A stretch of 64,000 nt of DNA, taken from NCBI GenBank assembly GCA_963847705.1, contig CAWKBC010000027.1, positions 768,001-832,000 of the forward strand. The letters are read 5' to 3'. A model generated the notes under the pieces. The model did no database searches and was not told where the DNA came from. It saw only the letters and a program-made list of their open reading frames with translations. Shown here piece by piece: positions 31,591 through 42,464 of the stretch; position 1 is the first letter of the stretch, and every line of letters begins with the position of its first letter. Source of the stretch: an uncultured Pseudomonadota bacterium. Lineage in GTDB: Bacteria; Myxococcota_A; Polyangia; Fen-1088. The position numbers were made by a program, and so were the translations under genes.

Positions 31591-33212
31591 CGTCGCTGCT
31601 GCTGGCGGCGGTCTCGATGTCGGCGCCGGTGCGGTCGTCGGCGGCGGCGACCGGCCAGGTCCGGTTCGTGACGGCCAGGCGCCTCTACCTCGACAAGGGA
31701 GCGGCGGATGGCTTGCGGGCGGGGGACAAGGTGACGTTCTCGCGCGAGGGGCGCGGGGCGGGCGGCTGCACGATCGATCTCGTCGGGACGCACGACGCCG
31801 TCTGCCGTGGGCGAGGGGCCTCGGCCGGCGACGTCTTCGCGCTGCCGCGCCGCCCGGCGCCTGCGTCGCCGCCGGTCCCAGCGCCGCTGCCCGCGCCCGA
31901 GTCGGACGAAACGGTGGAGAGGCGCGCCGCCGAGCTGGCCGCGTCGCCGCACGACAAGGTCGACTTCGTGCCCCAGGTCCGCACCGCCCGAGTCGCCACG
32001 GGAAACGCCGCGCTCGGCGTGGCCGTGTACGCCACCCGGCCGGGCGCGCCCCAGTATGTCGACGAGACCCTCGATGTCGCGCTCCAGCACGTTCCTCTCG
32101 GCAGCTCCAGCTTCCGGTTCGACACGGCGTTCTCGGTGGTGCGCATGCAGACCACCTCGCCGCCGCGCTTTCGCCCCGGGAGCGTGACCGAATTCTATCT
32201 GTGGGACGCCGAGATCTCGCGCCGGGAGATCGACTCGCAGACGGTGGTGGCGCTGGGGCGTATCTGGCCCTGGCACACGCCCGGTCTTCCCATCCTCGAC
32301 GGCGCGCAGCTCGGACGGCGAAACGAGCTGGGGACGGTCGAAGGGGGCGTCTACGCGGGGCTCATCCCAGACACGCTGACCCTCGCGCCGACCTTCGATG
32401 CCTGGACGACCGGCGTCTACGGCGCGCTCTCGCAACCGGGCGCGCGCGACGACACGATCCGGATGGCCGCCGAGGAGGCAAGGATCGGGGTGCGGCACTC
32501 GCCGACGGCGGGATGGGTCCGCGAGGCGCAGGGGCAGGCGACCATCGAGCTCGCGGGGGGCGGCGTCGCCGCCAGCGGCTGCCTGCGGGACGCGCCGGAG
32601 GTCGACCGCCAGCCGGTGCTGGAGCTGGCCAATGGGGAAGCCTGGGTGCGGTCCGCGTCGGTGGGGGCGCGCATCCAGGTGCGCTACCTCGGGGTGGGGC
32701 CGGAGCAGGAGCCTCTCTTGCGCGACGAGCTCCCCCGCGTGCTCGGTGGGTTCCACGGCAGCGCGGGCCTCTCCTGGGATCCGGCGCGCACCGTCGGCCT
32801 TGCCCTGAACGGCGACGCGCACCACGAACAAGAGGGGAACCTGAATGAGGTCAACGCGGGCCTCGACCTCCATTTTCCTCGCCTGTTTGGGCAGAGCGGC
32901 GGCCTCTGGCTGGGCGCCGCGGCGGGGCAGGGGTGGATGGAGAGCCGCAGCGCCTACGCGCAGATCATCCTGACCGCCCCCCGGGTCCGGCTGCTCGGAC
33001 GGGTCGGCGGCGACGTCAGCCGCTTCGCCGATCCCAGCGGCGAGGTCGCGGTCTCGGAGCTGGGCGGCTCGCTCCAGCTCGAAGGGAGGCTCACGCCGCG
33101 CCTGCGCCTGGTGGCCCGCTCGCTGGTGCGCGTTCCCCTGGCCATCGCGGGCGTCCTGCCCGACGCGACGTCGGGTCTCGTCTCCAGCCTTGATCTCGTG
33201 GCCGCGTACTAG
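31566..33212 (+). CDS. Probable outer-membrane beta-barrel protein with N-terminal soluble domain
   Basis: Signal peptide; small domain YLDKG..DGL..GD; Pro-rich linker; many amphipathic beta-strands; C-terminal aromatic residue (DLVAAY). Confidence 0.6.
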   Translation: MPPALSPLASLLLAAVSMSAPVRSSAAATGQVRFVTARRLYLDKGAADGLRAGDKVTFSREGRGAGGCTIDLVGTHDAVCRGRGASAGDVFALPRRPAPASPPVPAPLPAPESDETVERRAAELAASPHDKVDFVPQVRTARVATGNAALGVAVYATRPGAPQYVDETLDVALQHVPLGSSSFRFDTAFSVVRMQTTSPPRFRPGSVTEFYLWDAEISRREIDSQTVVALGRIWPWHTPGLPILDGAQLGRRNELGTVEGGVYAGLIPDTLTLAPTFDAWTTGVYGALSQPGARDDTIRMAAEEARIGVRHSPTAGWVREAQGQATIELAGGGVAASGCLRDAPEVDRQPVLELANGEAWVRSASVGARIQVRYLGVGPEQEPLLRDELPRVLGGFHGSAGLSWDPARTVGLALNGDAHHEQEGNLNEVNAGLDLHFPRLFGQSGGLWLGAAAGQGWMESRSAYAQIILTAPRVRLLGRVGGDVSRFADPSGEVAVSELGGSLQLEGRLTPRLRLVARSLVRVPLAIAGVLPDATSGLVSSLDLVAAY

Positions 33213-33410
33213 CAGGGCGTCGGCGCAAGGCGACGGTGAGCGCAGCGAACCATGCCCGACATCGTGGCGCCGAAGGCGCCCCAGGAGTCGGATCTCGATG
33301 CCCACGTCGGAAACGAATAGGACGCGGTTCGACGCAGCGTCCAATCGCGCGGCCCGTCGGCCGCGGTGTGCCGGCGGCGTTCCGGCGATGTGTTAGCTTG
33401 GGCGGCCGAC

Positions 33411-34556
33411 GTGCTGAATCTCCGCAACCTCGACCGCGGTGAGATGGGCGAGGCGCTCGCGTCCTGCGGCGTGAGCAGCCAGGTCGCCCAGCGGGTGTTC
33501 GCCCGGGTGCATGGCCTGGGCGCCACCGGGTTTCCACCGGGCTCGGTGCGGGGGCTCGCGCACGCCACGACCGCGGCCCTGGAGCGCGGCTGCGAATGGC
33601 CGGACCTGGAGGTCATCGAGCGGCGGCGGGCCGCCGACGGGTTCGTGAAGTACCTGTTTCGGACCGCCGACGGTCACGCCATCGAGGCGGTGCGGATTCC
33701 CTTGCCGGACCCGGCCGACGCGCGTGCGCTCAAGGAGCGGCGCCGGGCCGGTGAGGCGGCCGGGCTCCAGACGTTGCCGACGGCGAAGTACACCGTCTGT
33801 CTCAGCTCGCAGGTCGGGTGCGCGCTCGCCTGCGATTTCTGCGCGACCGGGCGCCTGGGGGGGATTCGCAGCCTGAAGACCTGGGAGATCCTGGCGCAGC
33901 ACCGGCTGATCGCCGCCGAGGCCGATCATCCGGTGAGGGGCGCGGTCTTCATGGGGATGGGCGAGCCGTTCCTGAACTACGAGAACGTGATCCGGGCGGC
34001 CCGCATCCTCTGCGATCCGGCGGGGCCGGCCATCTCCGCCAAGGCCATCTCGATCTCGACCGCCGGCGTGCTCCCCGCGATTCGCCGCTTCACCGCCGAG
34101 GGGCATCACTTTCGCCTCATCCTGTCGCTGGGTGCGCCGCTGGGCGCGCAGCGGCGGGTGCTGATGCCGATCGAGGACCGCTGGCCGGTGGTCGACGTGC
34201 TGGCCGCGCTCCGCGAGCATGCCGAGGCGCGGGGCGTGCGCGCCATGCTGGCCTACGTGGTCATCGGGGGCGTCAACACCTCGCCCGCGCACGCGCGTGC
34301 GCTGGGCGAGTTGCTGGCCGGAATGCGCGCCAAGCTGAGCCTGATCGACGTCACCGACGAGACCGGCCGCTACCAGCGTGCCGGCGACCAGGAGCTGGCC
34401 ACGTTCCGCGACGCCCTGGCCGCGCTCGGTATCCCCGTTGCCCGGCGGTACTCGGGCGGCGCCGAGATCGGCGCCGCCTGCGGAACCCTGGCCGCCACCC
34501 GACAGGGCGGCCAGGATGCCTTGGTTCAGGTTCGGCTCGAGAGCGAGCGGCTCTAG
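33411..34556 (+). CDS. RlmN/Cfr-family radical SAM RNA methyltransferase (divergent)
   Basis: KYLF, CLSSQVGCALACDFCATG, FMGMGEP, ISTAG and C-terminal GAEIGAACG. Confidence 0.85.
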   Translation: MLNLRNLDRGEMGEALASCGVSSQVAQRVFARVHGLGATGFPPGSVRGLAHATTAALERGCEWPDLEVIERRRAADGFVKYLFRTADGHAIEAVRIPLPDPADARALKERRRAGEAAGLQTLPTAKYTVCLSSQVGCALACDFCATGRLGGIRSLKTWEILAQHRLIAAEADHPVRGAVFMGMGEPFLNYENVIRAARILCDPAGPAISAKAISISTAGVLPAIRRFTAEGHHFRLILSLGAPLGAQRRVLMPIEDRWPVVDVLAALREHAEARGVRAMLAYVVIGGVNTSPAHARALGELLAGMRAKLSLIDVTDETGRYQRAGDQELATFRDALAALGIPVARRYSGGAEIGAACGTLAATRQGGQDALVQVRLESERL

Positions 34557-34569
34557 CCCATCGTCTGGC

Positions 34570-36662
<2,093 letters not shown>

Positions 36663-36666
<4 letters not shown>

Positions 36667-37238
36667 GGATTCATCTCTCCTGAATCGTGCGAGCCGGCCG
36701 CGCTCGATCCAATCTGGCGGCCGACGGAGGCGAGGCGTTCGCGGAGTCGATCGAGCCGCGGTGCCTCAGTTTGACCGAATCGCACCAGCTCTTTTCCGTA
36801 GCTGGCTTCGGTTTCGCGAAGCTCACCGTGGATCACGGCGAGCTGTTCCCATTGTTTGGTGAGCGGCCCGGGGCGCGGGTGCCCGTAGCGGCAGCGCTGT
36901 TCCGCGGCCTGCCACTGGCCGAGCCAGAAGGCGCGGTCCTCGGACCAGCGCTGCGCCTCGTCCGCGTCGTAGTGCGCGACCAGGTGGTCGAAGTTGTCGA
37001 GGTGACGCTCGAGCCCCTGTTCCACGTCGCCCAGCTCCTCGGCGCAGCTCTCCAGATCCGCGGCCGAGGCGCCCGCCGGCGCGCCCAGCGGCTCGACGTG
37101 CCGCCGGCGCGAGATCGTGACGCCCACCGAGACCAGCAAATAGCAGCTCCCCACCGAGACGAACGTCAGCACGAGGCCAGACAGAAATCGACGGTAGCGA
37201 TGGTATTCAGGTGGTGAGGCAGGCGATTCGGGAGACAT
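36663..37238 (-). CDS. Hypothetical single-pass membrane protein
   Basis: One hydrophobic segment then a helical domain; 4-bp overlap with the helicase start. Confidence 0.65.
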
Positions 37239-37348
37239 ACGCGGTCCCAGCGCAAGCGGAGCGCCGCCGGCGTCGTCGTCCCCGGAGCGCCGGGGAGCGC
37301 GTCGAACCTACGAGGCCGGGCCCGGCGTGTCAAATCGGCCGAAGCTCG

Positions 37349-39040
37349 TCAGGGCGTGACCGGGGCTGCGACCGCCACTCGGAACCACCCGTTTCCGTCG
37401 GTGACGGCCACCCCCCGCAGGGTGGGGGCGGTGCGGTTCGGTCCGGTGCAATCGGCGCCGGTGCAGCGGACCTCGAACAGTCGGACGGTCGCGGAGGCCA
37501 GCGGGGTTATCCCATCAGGGGCAAACACCGTGCCCGCGACCGCCGCGCCCGCCGGCAGGGTCACGTCGTGAGTGACCGACGCTGGCCCGCCCACCCTGAA
37601 TCCATATTCCGTGAAGCGCGGCGCGGCGGAGCCGGTCGGAGGATCGTAGTCGAGTTGATAGGTTCCTGGATCGAGAGGCAGGTCGAACGTTCCGTTGGCG
37701 GCGGTGGTCGTGCTGGCGGGCGCCGGGGTCGCCGAGGTGCAGGATGCGTTGTCCAACGTCTCCTGCGTGGCCGTGATGGCCACGTTGGACAGCGGATAGC
37801 CCTGGTTGTCGCGGACGGTGCCGATCAACGTCGGGCGCGCCGTGAGCACGATCGTCATCAGCGTCGGCGCCGAGGCCACGTTGACCGCGCTGCCGCCCAC
37901 CGTCACGCCGATCGTGGAGTCGCAGGGGATGGCGAACGCGGAGTTGGCCGGTGGGACGACGGAGACCTGGTAGTTGAGGGTCGTCTGGGCGGTCCCCGGG
38001 AGCAGCGACAGTCCGACGATTCCGTTGTCGGTGAGCCCGTCGCGGGCAAAGTCCGTCGAACCGACTGCGCTGGTGCCCACCACGGTCTGCGCGTGGACGA
38101 GCGCGCCGCTGACCGGCGTACCGTCGCTCCCTTTGACGTTCAGGTTGAACTGATTCAGGTTGCTGTAGGCGGGCAGCATGATGGAAAGCGCTGTCGCGCT
38201 GGCCTGCGGGGCGATCGGGTCGGAGATGAACGAGGGATCGGCGACAGGGGACGGTTCTTGCGGCGTCAACTGGATGGTCAGCGGATCGCCGTTGGCGGTG
38301 ACAGCCGAAGGGAGCAGGAGCCGGAAAGAATCGACTGAGCCGTTCGACTGGGTGAGCGGAGCATTGCTGACCAAGACCCCATCCTGGAAGGCGCGGGCCA
38401 CGAAGGTCGCTGCCGGGGGCGTCCCGACCGCCGAGAGGAGCGTTCCGCTGATCGTGAAGTCATCGCCCGGGATGCTCTCGCCGAGCATCGCGCTCACCGT
38501 CACCGGAAAAGAGAAAGGGGGACTCTGCTGATCGGCGGGGGCGAGCGGGAGGAGCGCCAGGGTCGCTGCGCTGGAGATCGCGGTCTGGGGGACGGTCAAG
38601 GATGCGCCAATCACGCTGGCCGAGGCCCCCCCGACCGTCGGTGCCTGGAAGGTCAGATCGGGCCGTCCAGGAATCTTGGTCGGAACGGTGAGCACGACGC
38701 TCGCGGTCGATGGTGCCGCGACGCCGGCGGCCGCGGTAAAGGTGGCGGCAACCCCCTCCTGCGCGGCAGCGATGAGCTGCTTCGAAGGGATCGGCTCCAT
38801 GGAAAGGTCGACCGTCGGAAGCTCGGTGATCGCCGCGGTCGTCGCATTCGTGGGTGGATCGATCTCCATCGCCAGGCTGAGGCTGCCGGTCAAGTTGGGG
38901 ACGCAAGCGATCGTCGCGCAGTGGGTCCCGATGCTGCCGCCGGAACCGGAACCGGGGCTCGCGCCGCTGCTCGAACCGACGCCGGCGCAACCGCTGAAAA
39001 TCGATGCGGCAGCCAGAAACAGCAGCGCCGTGCGCCTCAT
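37349..39040 (-). CDS. Lipoprotein with carboxypeptidase-regulatory-like (Ig/prealbumin-fold) repeats
   Basis: Lipobox FSGC; repeats GTVRDNQGYPLSNVAI...TTAANGTFDL.LDPGTY and GTVFAPDG..PLASATV...TDGNGWF. Confidence 0.7.
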   Translation of the reverse strand: MRRTALLFLAAASIFSGCAGVGSSSGASPGSGSGGSIGTHCATIACVPNLTGSLSLAMEIDPPTNATTAAITELPTVDLSMEPIPSKQLIAAAQEGVAATFTAAAGVAAPSTASVVLTVPTKIPGRPDLTFQAPTVGGASASVIGASLTVPQTAISSAATLALLPLAPADQQSPPFSFPVTVSAMLGESIPGDDFTISGTLLSAVGTPPAATFVARAFQDGVLVSNAPLTQSNGSVDSFRLLLPSAVTANGDPLTIQLTPQEPSPVADPSFISDPIAPQASATALSIMLPAYSNLNQFNLNVKGSDGTPVSGALVHAQTVVGTSAVGSTDFARDGLTDNGIVGLSLLPGTAQTTLNYQVSVVPPANSAFAIPCDSTIGVTVGGSAVNVASAPTLMTIVLTARPTLIGTVRDNQGYPLSNVAITATQETLDNASCTSATPAPASTTTAANGTFDLPLDPGTYQLDYDPPTGSAAPRFTEYGFRVGGPASVTHDVTLPAGAAVAGTVFAPDGITPLASATVRLFEVRCTGADCTGPNRTAPTLRGVAVTDGNGWFRVAVAAPVTP

Positions 39041-39525
39041 GGGCATGAGAACGTCCAGTTTGCGCGGACCACGAAGCCGTCGCTTGACGGCGGCAAGGCG
39101 TCGAGCACCATGACATTCGACTGGTCGAATTCGCGGTCGGCGAGGATGAACTCGAGTTGGTGGACAGCGAGGGTTGGCGCGGGGTTGAGGGCGCAGGGCG
39201 ACGAGCCAAGACTCACCGAGACTGTTTGCTGGCTCCCGGTTGCCGAAGGCTGGATGTGCGCGATCGCCTGCGGGCGGGTGCTGGCGCTGTAGGGCGGATA
39301 GTCGATCACCCACCGGTAAGCGAGTGTGTCGTCGACGTTCTGGTCGGTCACCGTCACCTGAAAGTCCTGCGAGGCGTTCGCAACGAAGAGACCGAAGCCC
39401 GGGAGTGCGCTCACTATGAAGGGGGGAACGTTCGGCTCGCCGGGCGGGTCCTGAAAATTCGGGGCGACGGGAACTACGCAGGCCGAAATCGATGAAACCA
39501 AAGCAAGCAGAACCACTGGGAGCAT
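39037..39525 (-). CDS. Small hypothetical lipoprotein
   Basis: ATG at 39525, lipobox ISAC, beta-rich body; ATGA overlap with the downstream gene. Confidence 0.7.
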   Translation of the reverse strand: MLPVVLLALVSSISACVVPVAPNFQDPPGEPNVPPFIVSALPGFGLFVANASQDFQVTVTDQNVDDTLAYRWVIDYPPYSASTRPQAIAHIQPSATGSQQTVSVSLGSSPCALNPAPTLAVHQLEFILADREFDQSNVMVLDALPPSSDGFVVRANWTFSCP

Positions 39526-39535
39526 CTTCAAAGAC

Positions 39536-39552
39536 AGCAGGGAACGTGCCAG
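39536..39552 (-). promoter_or_regulatory. Sigma-54 (-24/-12) promoter
   Basis: Minus strand reads CTGGCACGTTCCCTGCT = TGGCACG-N4-CTGC, with exact GG-N10-GC spacing. Confidence 0.75.
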
Positions 39553-39674
39553 CGGTCGCGGGCGCGCCCCGGGCGGGCCCCGGCGCCGCTGGGCTGCCGC
39601 GGCCCGGACATCGCTGTCATGGTCGGCCCCGATTTGTCGAGTCCTGCCCCAGCCGCCGGTGTTGATGGCCGGCC

Positions 39675-41513
39675 TCATCCGCCCTCGTTGCCGCCGTTCG
39701 CTTCGGGCAGCCCGTCATCGAGCAGCCCGCCCCCTTCGCCCTTTTCGAGGTGGCGGAAGATGGTGCGCGGGTCGACGCCGAGATCGCGGGCGGTCTTGGT
39801 GCGGTTGCCGCTGTTGAGGATCAGGATCTCGTTGATGTAGTCGCGCTGGAACTTCTCCTTGGCCTCCGCCAGCGGCAGGATGGCCGGCAGATCGTCGGGC
39901 GAAAGGTCGAGGTCCTCGGGACCGAGCAGGGCGCGGTCGGCCAGCACGACCGCCTTCTTGATGCGGTTCTCGAGCTCGCGGATGTTCCCGGGCCAGCGGT
40001 GGCGCTTGATGGCGGCGATGGCGTTCGGGGTGAGCCCGCGGACCTGTCCGCCGTACTCCGGCGCGTAGCGTCCCACCATGTACCGGGCCAGCACCACGAT
40101 GTCGTCGCCGCGATCGCGCAGCGGCGGCAGGTGAAGCTGCACGACGTTGAGTCGGTAATAGAGATCCTCGCGGAACCGCCCCGCCTTCATCTCGACCTCC
40201 AGGTCACGGTTGGTCGCCGCGACGACACGAATGTCGATCGCCTCCGGGCGCGTGTCGCCGACCCGCACCACCACCCGCTCTTGCAGCGCGCGCAGGATCT
40301 TGACCTGAAGCGACAGCGGCATCTCGCCGATCTCGTCCAGGAACAGCGTCCCGTGGTCGGCCGATTGAAACCGCCCGACCTTGTTGCTGACCGCGCCCGT
40401 GAAGGCGCCGCGCACGTGCCCGAACAGCTCCGACTCCAGCAGGTTCTCCGGGATGGCGCCGCAGTTGATGGTGACGAAGGGGTGCTTGGCCCGCTGCGAC
40501 CGGCTGTGCAGCTCGCGCGCGATCAGCTCCTTGCCGGTGCCGGTCTCGCCGGTGATCAGCACCGAGATGTCGGTGGCCGCCACCTTCTGCACCTTGCGGA
40601 AGATCTCCTGCATCCGCGGCGCCGAGCCGAGGATCTCGCCGAAGCGGATCTGCTCGATGCGGCTCTGCAGCGAGCGGTTGTCGAGCTTGAGCTCGTTGAC
40701 CAGCAGCGCGTTGCGCACCAGCAGCGACGCCTGCGCCGCGAAGACCGACAGCACCTCCAGGTGCGCGGCGGCGAAGAGCTGGGCCACGTTGTCGTTGCCG
40801 ACGTAGATGACCCCCAGCATGTTGCCGCGCTCGAGCAGCGGCACGCACATGACCGAGGTCAGCTTGAGGTTCACCACCGAGAGCGAGTTCTTGAACGCCT
40901 CGTCGTGGAGCGCGTCCGAGATGATGAGCGGCTGCCGCGTCTTCACGACGTGGGCCAGGATCGAGTCGGAGAGCTGGGCGACCGCATCGGAGATCGTCTC
41001 GCGGCGCAGGTTCCGCGCCGCCTTGACGATCGGCTCGCCCGACTCCATCAGGACCAGGAACCCCTTGTCGGCGTTCGACACCTGGATCATGACGTCGAGG
41101 AGCTGATCGACCAGCGTCGGCAGCTCATAGCTCTCCATCAGCTTGCCGCTGAACTCGTAGAGCTTCTTGTAGGAGGCCAGCTCGGTCGCGTCGGCGCCGC
41201 CCGCCGGCTCGTCGGCGCCCGGTTGGTCGTAGAGCGAGAACTCCAGCTCGACCGCGCCGATCCGGATCCGGTCGTCGTGCGCCAGCTTCTGCTTCTGTCG
41301 CTTGCGCCCGTTGACGAAGATCTCGGCGTCCCGATCGGTGGCCGCCAGGTTGAACTCACGGCCGTCGAAGTGAATGTGGGCCGGGCTGTCCGACAACGAC
41401 GGATCGGGGAGCGCCACGTCGGCCTCCTCGCCGCGCCCCAGCGAGGTGAGCTTCTTGTGGATCCGGTAGACCTTCGTCCCCTTGCCCGGAAGCTGGATTT
41501 TGAGTGTGGCCAT
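39675..41513 (-). CDS. Sigma-54 enhancer-binding protein, FHA-GAF-AAA+-Fis HTH
   Basis: FHA-like SLGRG..ADV..S..AHI..FVNG; GAF SVMCVPL..GVIYV; GETGTGKE, ESELFGH..GAFTGA, FLDEIGE, WPGNIRELEN; HTH GNRTKTARDLG. Confidence 0.92.
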   Translation of the reverse strand: MATLKIQLPGKGTKVYRIHKKLTSLGRGEEADVALPDPSLSDSPAHIHFDGREFNLAATDRDAEIFVNGRKRQKQKLAHDDRIRIGAVELEFSLYDQPGADEPAGGADATELASYKKLYEFSGKLMESYELPTLVDQLLDVMIQVSNADKGFLVLMESGEPIVKAARNLRRETISDAVAQLSDSILAHVVKTRQPLIISDALHDEAFKNSLSVVNLKLTSVMCVPLLERGNMLGVIYVGNDNVAQLFAAAHLEVLSVFAAQASLLVRNALLVNELKLDNRSLQSRIEQIRFGEILGSAPRMQEIFRKVQKVAATDISVLITGETGTGKELIARELHSRSQRAKHPFVTINCGAIPENLLESELFGHVRGAFTGAVSNKVGRFQSADHGTLFLDEIGEMPLSLQVKILRALQERVVVRVGDTRPEAIDIRVVAATNRDLEVEMKAGRFREDLYYRLNVVQLHLPPLRDRGDDIVVLARYMVGRYAPEYGGQVRGLTPNAIAAIKRHRWPGNIRELENRIKKAVVLADRALLGPEDLDLSPDDLPAILPLAEAKEKFQRDYINEILILNSGNRTKTARDLGVDPRTIFRHLEKGEGGGLLDDGLPEANGGNEGG

Positions 41514-41524
41514 GGATGGTCCTT

Positions 41525-42464
41525 TCAGAAGCTGAGAGCAGCCGAGAGCCCGAACGGCGTCAGGCCGACCTGAACCGCCGGTGGCGGCGGCGTCACCGGC
41601 GCTGTCGGCGCTATCGGCGCTATCGGATCGGTCAGCAGCACGTCGCGCTGATAGTGCCGGATGGCGTCGACCACCCCCCAGATGGCCGCCGCGAAGAACA
41701 GTCCCCCGGAGATCAGCTGGACGCGGAGGATCGTGCGGGAGGTCTCCTCCTGGGAGTGATCGATGTCGGCGGTGGGGCAGGCGCCGGTCGACGGTATCGT
41801 CTGCAGGCATTTGCGGTAGGGGTTCCCGCCGTAGAGCGCGAAGTTGGTGGTGAAGGCGCCCACCGAGATCGCCGCCAGCGCCGTCTCGACGCCGAAGAAC
41901 AGCCACCCTTTGCGCGGCTGGCCGTTCTGGAACTGGCCTGCCCCGAAGGGGACGAAGTTGAGGAGATAAGAGTGCCGTTCGTAGCGCAAGACGGTGGTGA
42001 CCGGCGGGTGCAGCCGCGCCTCGCGCTGCAGGCGGGCGGCGATCTCCTGGTCGCGGCGCCTGCGGCGGGCTTCGATGGCCACGATCTCGGACTCCTCCTC
42101 CTTGACCACGGCGTTGAAGGCGTCGACCACCTGCTGCGGGTCGAGCAGCGGATCGAACCGGTAGTCGGGACGCAGCTCGAGCAGCTTGTGGAACTCCCGC
42201 TTCGCCTCCTCGCTCCGGCCGGAGAAGATGTACGAGACGCCCAAGAATCCGGTGCGCCTGGACCACCTCACCCTCGCTGTCGAGCAGCACCTCCGGGTAG
42301 AGCAGCGGGTGCAGCAGATCGATGGCGCGCTTGTACTCGGCCCGCCCGAACGCCGTCCGCCCGCGATCGAAGGCCTCGTGCGGCGTGCTCCGCGCCTCCG
42401 GCGGGTGCGCCGGGGCGGCGACGAGGAGCGCGCTGGCCAGCGCGGCCAAGAGCCCGACGCTCAT
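41525..42464 (-). CDS. Secreted/membrane TPR-like protein; frameshift near 42246
   Basis: Signal peptide; AHRILG|VSY..GRSEEAKREF..LLEL.PDY..DP; hydrophobic segments after PFGAGQFQNG. Confidence 0.7.

Noticed and set aside
30709-33212. Naming the decaheme and barrel genes mtrA/mtrB
   Set aside because: The heme count matches, but I do not recognise MtrA-type heme spacing or MtrB sequence features, so no symbol was assigned.
39675-42464. 929-aa ORF as a secreted-domain/sigma-54 activator fusion
   Set aside because: An artefact of the 42246 frameshift. The activator has its own ATG at 41513 behind an AAGGA ribosome-binding site, and the upstream gene stops at 41525.
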